From Nitrosopumilus sp. (GTDB lineage Archaea > Thermoproteota > Nitrososphaeria > Nitrososphaerales > Nitrosopumilaceae): a DNA stretch of 64,000 bases. The notes beneath the pieces are model-generated. The model did not search any database, was not told the DNA's origin, and worked only from the letters and a program-made list of their open reading frames with translations. Of this stretch, positions 30,678 to 39,497 are shown piece after piece (the stretch's first letter is position 1; each line of letters starts with the position of its first letter). A program made the position numbers and the translations under genes. The DNA is taken from NCBI GenBank assembly GCA_965205425.1, contig CBDBGZ010000009.1, positions 864,001 through 928,000 on the forward strand. Direction: 5' to 3'.

Positions 30678-32016
30678 ATATTGAATCCTTGCCTTTTAAA
30701 TATATGCGGTGGTTCTTGCTTGACTGTGATTTTTTAGGAAAGTCTGATCTTATGAAATACCCTATACTTTCTTGACGGTTAAGCGAGGAGACAAGTATTG
30801 ATTTTATGAAAACATCTTTTTCTTTTTTTATACACTTTGACAAATAAGCTGCATCTTTTATCATTCTTATATTTGATTTTGGCGGGCTAAATGATGATAT
30901 TTCACATTCGATTTTTTTCATTTTACAACTAGATGCCGCATTTTCACCTGCAATTTTTCCAAATACTAGAGATTCAACTATGCCATTTCCTCCAAGTCTG
31001 GATGAGCCATGTAAACCTCCAATTATCTCTCCTGCAGCATACATGTTGTCTATTGTTGTTTGTGCGTTTTTATCAATTTCCAACCCACCTAAAGAATAAT
31101 GATATACCGGCATTATTCGAAGTTTTTTGTTATTTAGGAAATTTAATGTCTTGCCATAAACTGTATTGTTGATAAGACGTTTTATCATATCATTGTCAAC
31201 TGAACTGTAATCTAAAAATATTTTACCGCCTGTGGATATTTTATTTATGAATTCTGAATTTATTTTAGATAGTTGATGATGATACCTATTTTTCCTTATA
31301 CTGTCCTCCAGATATTCAGGCAGAAATCTTTCTCCGAATTCATCTATTATGTCTGGGTATTCTAACACAGTTCCTGCGATTATGCTGTTTGTAGAATATA
31401 TTCCAAACGGATGCACCATTATGAATTCTGGGTTTGACAACACTCCTCCATTTCTAAATGCTGCAGATATGCCCATGCCATTTACTGTACTAGGGTTATC
31501 TGAGGGCCCGACTGAATTTGAATATCCTCCAGTTGCAAGTATTGTTGAGCCAGAAAAAAACATTACAAGATCATTGTTTTTTCTAAAAACAGCCCCATGA
31601 CACCGATTGTTTTCTACCATAAGATCAACTAAGGCAAACCCATAAAATTCTTCGACGTCATAATTTTGGATGTTTTCTCTGATTGACTTTATTATTTGAT
31701 TACCACTTTTACTGATTGGCATGTATCCAAACTCTGTTTTTATCATTTCTGTATTTTTTCTAATATGATCTGTTTCGGATTCTGATAAATTACACAATGT
31801 TTCAATTAGATCTTTATTCCCCAAATGATCACCTGTCTGATTAACCAAATCTGCGTTTTGATGATATCTTGTATTAGCTGGACTTTTGGTACTATTTCCA
31901 ACATTGTTTTTTGATACGATGGCAACCTTTCTTCCATATGATGCAGTCTCCATTGCTGCACGCATTCCAGATATGCCTGATCCAATTACAAGAACATCTG
32001 CGAATTTTTCAATCAT
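30667..32016 (-). CDS. FAD-dependent oxidoreductase, L-aspartate oxidase/SdhA family (divergent)
   Basis: VIGSGISG, LATGG, EFIMVHP, HYSLGG, YAAGE, HGSSRLGGN, RQESIG..RSDFP. Confidence 0.82.
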   Translation of the reverse strand: MIEKFADVLVIGSGISGMRAAMETASYGRKVAIVSKNNVGNSTKSPANTRYHQNADLVNQTGDHLGNKDLIETLCNLSESETDHIRKNTEMIKTEFGYMPISKSGNQIIKSIRENIQNYDVEEFYGFALVDLMVENNRCHGAVFRKNNDLVMFFSGSTILATGGYSNSVGPSDNPSTVNGMGISAAFRNGGVLSNPEFIMVHPFGIYSTNSIIAGTVLEYPDIIDEFGERFLPEYLEDSIRKNRYHHQLSKINSEFINKISTGGKIFLDYSSVDNDMIKRLINNTVYGKTLNFLNNKKLRIMPVYHYSLGGLEIDKNAQTTIDNMYAAGEIIGGLHGSSRLGGNGIVESLVFGKIAGENAASSCKMKKIECEISSFSPPKSNIRMIKDAAYLSKCIKKEKDVFIKSILVSSLNRQESIGYFIRSDFPKKSQSSKNHRIYLKGKDSIYVE

Positions 32017-32115
32017 TTCAAATAACTCTGTAAAATACGGATTGCGTGGTCCAGGCTGTATACTTGAGTCATGTGATTTTTCTCTGTTCTCTGTGATTGG
32101 ATATCTTCTTGCTCA

Positions 32116-32433
32116 TTAGAAAATCAAACTCCTATCAACCTTGGATGGATCTGAATTAATTTTAGTGAATTTCTTTAATGTTTTTTTCGATTTTGGTTTA
32201 ATTATGATTTTTCTATTTTCGCCAAATCTGGAAACAGGTTCAGGTTTGTTTTTGTATTGTCGGCAACCATTACTTGTCACACTATGTGATAATGAAAAAT
32301 CAGGCAAGCAGCCATTGGATTTTAACTCTACAGCACAACATGGACAAATATCAAACAAAGCCCATGAGTTATATGAATTCATACTTCCTCTTCGGGTTCT
32401 TTTGTGGAGACAGTTTTCAGTCTTACACCTCAT
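32116..32433 (-). CDS. Hypothetical Cys-containing protein
   Basis: ORF packed in the minus-strand operon; CKTENC, CPCC. Confidence 0.5.
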   Translation of the reverse strand: MRCKTENCLHKRTRRGSMNSYNSWALFDICPCCAVELKSNGCLPDFSLSHSVTSNGCRQYKNKPEPVSRFGENRKIIIKPKSKKTLKKFTKINSDPSKVDRSLIF

Positions 32434-32482
32434 TTCATATCATCTTCCTTGTTTGAAAATGTGATGCAAAAAATATGCCTGT

Positions 32483-32776
32483 TCATTTTCTGGATTTTCT
32501 CTTTGGGAGTGATTCCATGTATTGTACAATGGATGATTCATCCAAATTCTTCAAAAAGCATTCCAAATCAACACAAAACACAGATTTGCATCCAAACGGT
32601 TTCCCGTTATACACGTATATGTCCTCTCCTGCTCTTACGGCATGGATTTCTACTGAGCATTTTTTGTCTTCAACACCTGCCATTCTATACTCTCTGATGA
32701 ATTTAATGATGTGATTCTGAATACACCCAAACTTTGGCATGAATTGTTTTATAATTTTGATTTGATTCGGATACAA
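32483..32776 (-). CDS. Hypothetical protein
   Basis: Abuts 32777-33340 in the same operon. Confidence 0.5.
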   Translation of the reverse strand: MYPNQIKIIKQFMPKFGCIQNHIIKFIREYRMAGVEDKKCSVEIHAVRAGEDIYVYNGKPFGCKSVFCVDLECFLKNLDESSIVQYMESLPKRKSRK

Positions 32777-33340
32777 TTAGTTTTGTAAAATATGAATCAG
32801 ATGATCAAGACTGTACACTCGATTGTCTCGTATGGTTTTTATCTTGTTTTGAATGACATTGGCATTCCATGGCTGGTTGTACAGAAACACTGTTTTTCCA
32901 GAGTAAAATATTTTCTGGGCATTAATTAGAGAATCATCTATGAATATGTCATAGGATAATTTTTCCTTGTCTTCTTCAAATACTATATTGTTGTATTTGA
33001 TGTCAAACTTTTGCAAAAATTTTTCCAAATATTTTTTATTTGAATAATCATTTGCAGTTACGATGTCCATTACGCTGCATAATTCTGATAGTTTCTTGGT
33101 TTTTTGTTCCAAGAAAAATTCTGTCGGACACAATTCATTCCAAGACTCCCAACACTGTACAAATATTTGTCGTGAATCCTCATGTGTTATATGAAATTTT
33201 TTGTAAAAATCAAACTCTGTTATTTTATTGTATGATAGTTTCAAGTTGTTGTATTTTGTAGAGTAATCAGAGTTGAATATCTCAATCCATTTTTGTACGG
33301 TATTGCACAGTACACCATCAAAATCTATTGCTATTTTCAT
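32777..33340 (-). CDS. HAD-family 5'(3')-deoxyribonucleotidase-like protein
   Basis: IAIDFDGVL, IVTA, IFIDDS, NQPWN. Confidence 0.85.
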   Translation of the reverse strand: MKIAIDFDGVLCNTVQKWIEIFNSDYSTKYNNLKLSYNKITEFDFYKKFHITHEDSRQIFVQCWESWNELCPTEFFLEQKTKKLSELCSVMDIVTANDYSNKKYLEKFLQKFDIKYNNIVFEEDKEKLSYDIFIDDSLINAQKIFYSGKTVFLYNQPWNANVIQNKIKTIRDNRVYSLDHLIHILQN

Positions 33341-33345
33341 TTGTT

Positions 33346-33645
33346 TTAAAATGTTTTGAATAAAACTAAGAAATCAAATCCCCGTATTGCAGGAATTTTT
33401 TGTGGATTTTCATTCATTTCTACATCCCCACTTCCTGAAACATCCAATACACCAATCCCAATTCCTGCTTTCTTTACTCGATCAGAATATGGATTTTTTT
33501 TAATCGGATCCCCTCCACAGAAAGGACATTGATCGTGGTTTTGCATTGCAAATATGATTTTATCGACGTACTTTAAATAAATAAAGTTGTAATTTTGTAG
33601 GTGGACTGAAATCTGTGTCTGAAATTCAGTGTTTTTCTTAGACAA
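33346..33645 (-). CDS. Hypothetical protein
   Basis: Operonic position; CPFCG. Confidence 0.45.
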   Translation of the reverse strand: MSKKNTEFQTQISVHLQNYNFIYLKYVDKIIFAMQNHDQCPFCGGDPIKKNPYSDRVKKAGIGIGVLDVSGSGDVEMNENPQKIPAIRGFDFLVLFKTF

Positions 33646-33663
33646 TATATTAAATATTGTAAA

Positions 33664-34479
33664 CTATTTGAAACCTTTTCTTGACAGATAGTCTGCAACT
33701 ATTTTTTGTGCAAACTCTGCAGGTTCTAGATTATCTTCGCGTGACAATTTGGATAGTCCCTTTGCCTGGTTTTTAGATATGTGCAATGACAAGTTTTGTC
33801 TTGCCCTAAAGGAATTTGCCAACTTTTGAATTTCAGAATGTTCTGCTGTACTTCCAAGTTGTTCTAGTGCGTCCAGGTATCTCTTCTTTTGTGCACTATC
33901 ATACTTGGCAATTCTCTGTATTGTATCAACTGCCTTTGATGGTACGGTGATAATTTTACATATTCGTATTGCATCTCGCTTTGATAGTATCTTTGGCACC
34001 ATTTCTTTTATGTTACTTGGCACTACACCAAATCCGAGATATCCATGCAATGTTGAACGATTGATTCCCAGGGCTTTAGCAGCTGCAGATTTGCCCATCT
34101 TTTGGGCCAAAAACTGACAAGATGCCACCATCTCAGAGGGGGACATGTCTTTTCTGTGTAGATTCTCTATAATTGAGACAGCCTTTGCATCTTCTATGTT
34201 GCATGAGCTGTTTTTAGATAATACCAGTACTGGAATTGTTTTGGAACCCAATTTCTTTAATGCTGCAAGTCGTCTTTGGCCTGCCATGAGCAGATATCCA
34301 TTACCATCTTTTTGGACCATTGGGGGATTCTGCAGCCCTTCTTGTTCTATGGACTTTGCCAGTGAATCAATGTCTGTATCATCTAGTATCCTTGCCTGGG
34401 CCTCCTCCCACACTGTAACTTGCTCTATTGGGACCTCTTTTAGTGAATATGTTATGGGATTTTGGGTTATTTTATTCAA
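33664..34479 (-). CDS. ParB/Spo0J-family protein
   Basis: LAKSIEQEGLQNP, AGQRRLAA, IIENLHRKDM, HTH, C-terminal RHH-like segment. Confidence 0.88.
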   Translation of the reverse strand: MNKITQNPITYSLKEVPIEQVTVWEEAQARILDDTDIDSLAKSIEQEGLQNPPMVQKDGNGYLLMAGQRRLAALKKLGSKTIPVLVLSKNSSCNIEDAKAVSIIENLHRKDMSPSEMVASCQFLAQKMGKSAAAKALGINRSTLHGYLGFGVVPSNIKEMVPKILSKRDAIRICKIITVPSKAVDTIQRIAKYDSAQKKRYLDALEQLGSTAEHSEIQKLANSFRARQNLSLHISKNQAKGLSKLSREDNLEPAEFAQKIVADYLSRKGFK

Positions 34480-34483
34480 TTTG

Positions 34484-35299
34484 TTATGTAACTTTTTGGA
34501 TTATTGATAAATCTTTGTTATGTAGTTTTTTTAGGAAATTTCTCAAACTAACCTCTGTTATTCCAGCTATCTTTGCAATGGTACCTTGACTGAATCCTTT
34601 CTCACAGGACAGATACACCATAGTTGCAGCAACTGTTCCCGGATGAGACGATATGCTTGTATCTTTTTGTTTTAGAATCTCCAGATGTTTTAGTGACTGC
34701 ATCATTATCTTTTGACTGATATTAAGATCAGAGCATATTCTGTTTATCATGTTGATTGTTCTAGTATGCACATCTACAACATTTACATCAAAGGTCTGCA
34801 GTATGATTCGGCATACCCTACGTGTGGTCTTTTTTGAGGCATTTGAAATCGTGATAATTTCAGATTCTGACATACTTTTGCCGTTAATTTTGCACGATAC
34901 TATAACACATGCTGTAGCCACATCTGTCTTTCTTCGTCCACGTATCATGTCATTTTTTATACACTCTCTTGCAATGTGATATGATTCGTCTTTGATAGCA
35001 CTTGTTGCAGAAATTTTCTGCAATATCGGGTGTAACTCTATGAATAACTCTTTTGTTCTTTTATCCTTGTTGCTCTCTCTTTGCGATATTTTATGAGATG
35101 ATTTATGTGATAGTTTGATTTTTGGCGGTTCTGTTCCTATGCCGTAATCGTGTCTTGACGTGGTGTTCTTCTCGTTTGTTTCTGTGTGTCCTATGGTACG
35201 GGATTCAAGTATGACACCGCAATTCTTGCAGATGATCTCGCCTGCTACACTATCAGATATTGGCTGTGGCATTACACACTGGCAATGATTGTCTGTCAT
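34484..35299 (-). CDS. TFIIB/TFB-like transcription initiation factor (divergent)
   Basis: Zn ribbon GEIICKNCG; two cyclin repeats (RGRRK..VATAC; SSHPGTVAATMVY; SQGTIAKIAGITEVSLRN). Confidence 0.85.
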   Translation of the reverse strand: MTDNHCQCVMPQPISDSVAGEIICKNCGVILESRTIGHTETNEKNTTSRHDYGIGTEPPKIKLSHKSSHKISQRESNKDKRTKELFIELHPILQKISATSAIKDESYHIARECIKNDMIRGRRKTDVATACVIVSCKINGKSMSESEIITISNASKKTTRRVCRIILQTFDVNVVDVHTRTINMINRICSDLNISQKIMMQSLKHLEILKQKDTSISSHPGTVAATMVYLSCEKGFSQGTIAKIAGITEVSLRNFLKKLHNKDLSIIQKVT

Positions 35300-35621
35300 G
35301 TGAGTTATGTTACTTTGTTTTATTTTAAAGATGTTAATTTTCTATGGTACATGGATTGTCATGACCATGCTTGCATTTTCTTGATACTGCAGTAATGGTA
35401 AATTGCTCTTGTGTGACATTCAAATTGACATTGATCTCGGGAATGATACTGCCACAGATGTAGCATTTCTTTTGGGATATCTTCAATTATACATTTGAGT
35501 GAAAACTAGTTCTTCTCAAATAGAACAGAGACAATGATTATGATGATGCTAAAAAATATTGCAACAAAAAACAGCATTGAGTTTCTTGGAACGATATTTT
35601 GCACATATTCCACTGCAATGA

Positions 35622-35810
35622 TTAGTCAATTAGTCCAACTCTCCTTGCACATTGCTCATGTCTGATGAACTTTCCTCGTTTACCAGTTTTTGTAACTACA
35701 ACATCACCCACTATGATATCTTTTCCACAAGTGTGACAAAGAATTGGTGAACCGTATGTTATTCTTCTTCTCAAAGAATCATGAGTTACAGTGTATTTAG
35801 TGACGGTCAT
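35622..35810 (-). CDS. Small CxxC..HxxC zinc-finger protein
   Basis: CHTCGKDIIVGD...RHEQCA. Confidence 0.6.
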   Translation of the reverse strand: MTVTKYTVTHDSLRRRITYGSPILCHTCGKDIIVGDVVVTKTGKRGKFIRHEQCARRVGLID

Positions 35811-35873
35811 TTTACATCACTTTCCAATTCATCTGTGATGCTAAAATTAGTCAACAAATCAATTGTTCTAGAT

Positions 35874-37136
35874 TCAAGCAGTTGGATCTGCCACTTTGCC
35901 AACAAACAAAATGCTTCCAGTTTCGTTATCCTGTATCATGAACACAAATGGATGATCAGCATGAAATACTGGGTAACTCGGACCTGCAGATTCACGCATA
36001 ATAACAACGGCAGTTGCTGCAGCAGCCTCAGTGCCTTCTTCGTTTACATCCACAAACGCCTTGTGAATTGCTTGCGAGATATATAGATAATCTTCATCAG
36101 TTATGTTTTTGAAGTTATCCCTAACGTTTTCATCAAATGGTGTTGGCATTCCAAGTTCTATCAACGGATTTATCAGATCATAATTGGTTTCCATTTTGAA
36201 TTTTGGGAAAACTACTATAACTTTTGTTTCTTGCATATTTTCTTTCCATTGTTTTAAATTTTGACTTGTAAGGTTCTCTTCTATGTCCTTAATTCCATCA
36301 ATTTGGATAGGCAATACAACAATCATTGATAATCTATCTCCATCATAAGGCATCTCTAAAACTTGAAATTCATCTTCTTGCAGATAATTAAACGGAGATG
36401 CATCAAGTAACATCATTGGTGTTTTTACTTTTTCTGTAGAATTAAGATGAAAGTCACGATCACGTGTATCTGACTTGTCAAATTGTGTAACCCATGTACC
36501 TTTGAAATAAATTGCATTTGTAATAGCAACACGAGTAAGTTCATTTGTAGAGTCAGGTGCCAAAATGTCTTTGATTTTGTCGTTGGTTTGATCAGATACC
36601 CATTTGTTTATCTTGTCTACACCATCATTGGAAATGAAATCAACTTTGCTTACTTTTGAATGATAATTCTCTTTTGCAGAGTTTACAAATTTTGAATGTG
36701 GTTCTATAAAATCAGCAATCCATAAAGCATTTGCAGTTTGTAATTCGTATTTTGAGTTTTCAGAATTCATGCTGTTGATTACTGACTCAAATCCTTCATG
36801 TCTTTTCTTTTCATCTGCGGAAAAACCAAATACTTCTGCTATCTGGACTAACGCATCACTGCTAGCACCTTCATAAACAATTCCAAATGCAACAAAAATA
36901 CTCCAAGGTGAGAAAAATACATTGTCATCATTTTCTTTTATGATTTGGCGATAAAAGTCAAATGCAAAATCATTATTCTCAGATATTGTGTATTCAGAAG
37001 AGGGAGTTGGAACATATTCATAATTTAATGAGAGACTCGTCACGTCATCAATATTGTTGCTTGTGAACAAGACAATTCCAGTTACAGAAATACCAACTGT
37101 GATTGCAATGATAAATAGAATGTTTCTATTAATCAT
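35874..37136 (-). CDS. Serpin with an N-terminal membrane anchor
   Basis: NVFFSPWSI, NAIYFKGTW, EEGTEAAAAT hinge, FHADHPFVF. Confidence 0.95.
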   Translation of the reverse strand: MINRNILFIIAITVGISVTGIVLFTSNNIDDVTSLSLNYEYVPTPSSEYTISENNDFAFDFYRQIIKENDDNVFFSPWSIFVAFGIVYEGASSDALVQIAEVFGFSADEKKRHEGFESVINSMNSENSKYELQTANALWIADFIEPHSKFVNSAKENYHSKVSKVDFISNDGVDKINKWVSDQTNDKIKDILAPDSTNELTRVAITNAIYFKGTWVTQFDKSDTRDRDFHLNSTEKVKTPMMLLDASPFNYLQEDEFQVLEMPYDGDRLSMIVVLPIQIDGIKDIEENLTSQNLKQWKENMQETKVIVVFPKFKMETNYDLINPLIELGMPTPFDENVRDNFKNITDEDYLYISQAIHKAFVDVNEEGTEAAAATAVVIMRESAGPSYPVFHADHPFVFMIQDNETGSILFVGKVADPTA

Positions 37137-37280
37137 GAAAAATATCCTCTTTCAGTTATTATAAGCATTGATAAAAATTGAGTTTTACCTAAAATTCGGT
37201 TCCCCTTACACATGTGCAACACCGTTCACAATTAATGTTGTTGAGAAAATGTTAATTAGAAATTCTGTAATAGAAAAGTC

Positions 37281-37367
37281 GTCAGGGTCGCATAACACGG
37301 TATTGCGATGGTCTGAAAAACCATATCTGTTTCCACGGATCTGTGGGTTCAAATCCCATCCCTGACG
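37281..37367 (+). tRNA. Class II (long variable arm) tRNA with G73 and anticodon GAA: Ser-like body, Phe anticodon
   Basis: GTCAGGG/CCCTGAC acceptor stem; D-arm with GG; ATGGT-CTGAAAA-ACCAT anticodon arm; ATCTGT-TTCC-ACGGAT variable arm; GTGGG-TTCAAAT-CCCAT T-arm. Confidence 0.88.
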
Positions 37368-37444
37368 GGTTTATAATATTTGTACGGGCATGGTCCTTTA
37401 AAAGTTTCATTGTTTTGTCGCATTTGTTCCAAGAACGGTTCATT

Positions 37445-38584
37445 TTATTTTAGTTTCACCCATTTTTTCATATCCTGTGTAGTGATTGCATCCCCGTGTG
37501 GCAGCCATCCTTCTCTTGGCGTACGACAATTCATCTCTAGTTTTCTGTGATTCCATCTTGTGGCACCGACACATTTCTCAATTAGTTGCCACATCTCTTC
37601 AGGTTTTTTTGAATGACTCTTTGGGATGTATTTTGACTTTATGACGGTTTTATCAGATAACCCAAACGCCGGAACATCTCCGCGAATTCCAATGAGCAGG
37701 TGTTCTGTGACATTGTTCATCCAATAGCCGCCCCATCCACTCTTTTCTTCCTTTGCCCATGTTATGATGCATTTTGGCATGAATCCGTGGCAATGCATTA
37801 CAGAAATGGCATCTGATTGCACCTTTTGCTTTTGTAGGATCTCTGAGAGTAGCTCGTTGTCTGATTTATTTTGCTCCTGTAATTTTTTTACCTTGTCTTG
37901 ATTTGTAATCTTTTTGCAAAGGGAATCTAGTTTTTGCTTTTGTAGTATCTCACAGTACTCTGAGATTAACATCGAGCCTGTGATCAGGTGCTGGTTTGTG
38001 CTCCACATGTATAATACGGCATGGTCTGCTGCAATTGTATGAACTGGGATTCTGGCAATGATGTTTGTTGGTCCTGTTTTGTAGTGAAATGATGCGCCGG
38101 ACATACCACTGCCGCCAATGTTCTTGTTTCCAAAGTCCCATCCCGGGTCCTCTACAATGTGGTTGAATTTTCCTGCAGGCAGTGGCGGAATTGGTTTTTT
38201 AGCGTTTTCTACAGCCATATTTTTCGTGTATGCGGAGTGTAGTGATTTTTCACCAGAATCAAGGGATTTTTTTGTATCATTATCAATATTCTCAAATACC
38301 TTTGCCCTCTTTCGCACTGTCTCCCCGCTCTCTTTTAGGATTTTTCCAATTTTTTCATTCACACTTTCTGATGTGTGATCTGAATCTTTGGATAAAGTCG
38401 TATTTTTCAAGTCAGTGCGCTTTCCCTGATGCGTATGTTCCTTAAGATATGGCCTGATTCTTTCTGCAAAGTCTGCTTTTTCACTTTCGGTGAAGTCCTT
38501 TCTAAACTCATTTTCAATGATCTCAATTTTCAAATCATACGGGACGTTTCTTAGGATCTCTGATCTGGACAGTTTGCTCTTCAA
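37445..38584 (-). CDS. MT-A70 family adenine methyltransferase fused to the C-terminal half of a ParB domain
   Basis: IIENEFRKDFTESEK plus HTH; VEDPGW, LYMWST, ITWAK, NVTEHLLIGIRG, HSKKPE. Confidence 0.85.
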   Translation of the reverse strand: MKSKLSRSEILRNVPYDLKIEIIENEFRKDFTESEKADFAERIRPYLKEHTHQGKRTDLKNTTLSKDSDHTSESVNEKIGKILKESGETVRKRAKVFENIDNDTKKSLDSGEKSLHSAYTKNMAVENAKKPIPPLPAGKFNHIVEDPGWDFGNKNIGGSGMSGASFHYKTGPTNIIARIPVHTIAADHAVLYMWSTNQHLITGSMLISEYCEILQKQKLDSLCKKITNQDKVKKLQEQNKSDNELLSEILQKQKVQSDAISVMHCHGFMPKCIITWAKEEKSGWGGYWMNNVTEHLLIGIRGDVPAFGLSDKTVIKSKYIPKSHSKKPEEMWQLIEKCVGATRWNHRKLEMNCRTPREGWLPHGDAITTQDMKKWVKLK

Positions 38585-38808
38585 GATTGCTTTTTGATTA
38601 TTGCCTCAATTGATGTCAGTTGCAATAATTTACATGCATCCAGTCTCCTATTGCCTGCAAGAAGCTTGTAGGTGTCATTGGTGTTTTTTCTTAGAGTTAT
38701 CGGTGATAGTAACCCTTCTTCTTTGATGGACTGTGCAAGCTCTGCAATGTCGCCCATGTCTTGTCTGATTCTTTTTTGTACGATGATTTTGGATATTTCT
38801 ATCTTCAT
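38581..38808 (-). CDS. ParB N-terminal domain protein
   Basis: RIRQD....LAQSIKEEGLLSPI, LLAGNRRLDA; ATG at 38808 inferred. Confidence 0.8.
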   Translation of the reverse strand: MKIEISKIIVQKRIRQDMGDIAELAQSIKEEGLLSPITLRKNTNDTYKLLAGNRRLDACKLLQLTSIEAIIKKQS

Positions 38809-38809
38809 C

Positions 38810-39064
38810 TTATTTTTTAAATGAGAGTTTTGGCAATCTTCCTTCTTCGTACCATGCACCCAACTGATATAGCCAAAAAACTGCGTTTGATATGCCTCCA
38901 AATATTACTAAAGCCTGATAAACGCCACTTTGCTGACCATTTAAAATCCTGTCTGATATTGCAGCAATCATCAAAAATTTTAAAAATACAGCAATCACGA
39001 TTTTGGCAGCTTTCTTTGTAAATGGAATTGTTGCAGTATATCTTTTACACATGATATTTAGCAC
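38810..39064 (-). CDS. Small membrane protein
   Basis: Two hydrophobic helices; abuts the ParB start. Confidence 0.45.
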   Translation of the reverse strand: MLNIMCKRYTATIPFTKKAAKIVIAVFLKFLMIAAISDRILNGQQSGVYQALVIFGGISNAVFWLYQLGAWYEEGRLPKLSFKK

Positions 39065-39085
39065 AGTATCCTCAAATCAACTTTC

Positions 39086-39379
39086 ATGGATGTGTCAATC
39101 CTTGAAATTAAAGATATTTTGCAAATCAATGCGACAATAATTGCTGGAACTTTGGTGTTGTTAACCTTGATGAACATAGTCAAACAAAAATGGAGTGGTA
39201 GCATACGTTTGTATATTTTAACAATAGTTGTGTTCTATTCTCTGTCATCTATTCTTGCATTATTGAGTTTGACATATGTTGAACTGTATGAGGTATCTGT
39301 GGTTATGATGGGAATCGGATTTGCATTTATTATTTTATTGGTAGTGTTTTTGATGCAAGACAAGTACTGGGAAAAATAA
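39086..39379 (+). CDS. Small three-TM membrane protein
   Basis: Strongly hydrophobic 97-aa ORF. Confidence 0.65.
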   Translation: MDVSILEIKDILQINATIIAGTLVLLTLMNIVKQKWSGSIRLYILTIVVFYSLSSILALLSLTYVELYEVSVVMMGIGFAFIILLVVFLMQDKYWEK

Positions 39380-39497
39380 TCTCTAACTGAGAATTTCATT
39401 CCATTAATAATGCATGTCATTCCAGCAGGACTCATGATGGTATCTCTTGTGTGACTTTGACTGGGATATGTACAGATAATCGCCAATCTCAAAGGAT

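Noticed and set aside
37308..37324. Reading the anticodon as TGA (Ser)
   Set aside because: The 5-bp ATGGT/ACCAT stem fixes a 7-nt loop with U33 followed by GAA; the TGA register breaks the stem
37168..37365. 65-aa plus-strand ORF
   Set aside because: It overlaps the tRNA cloverleaf, which explains the sequence better
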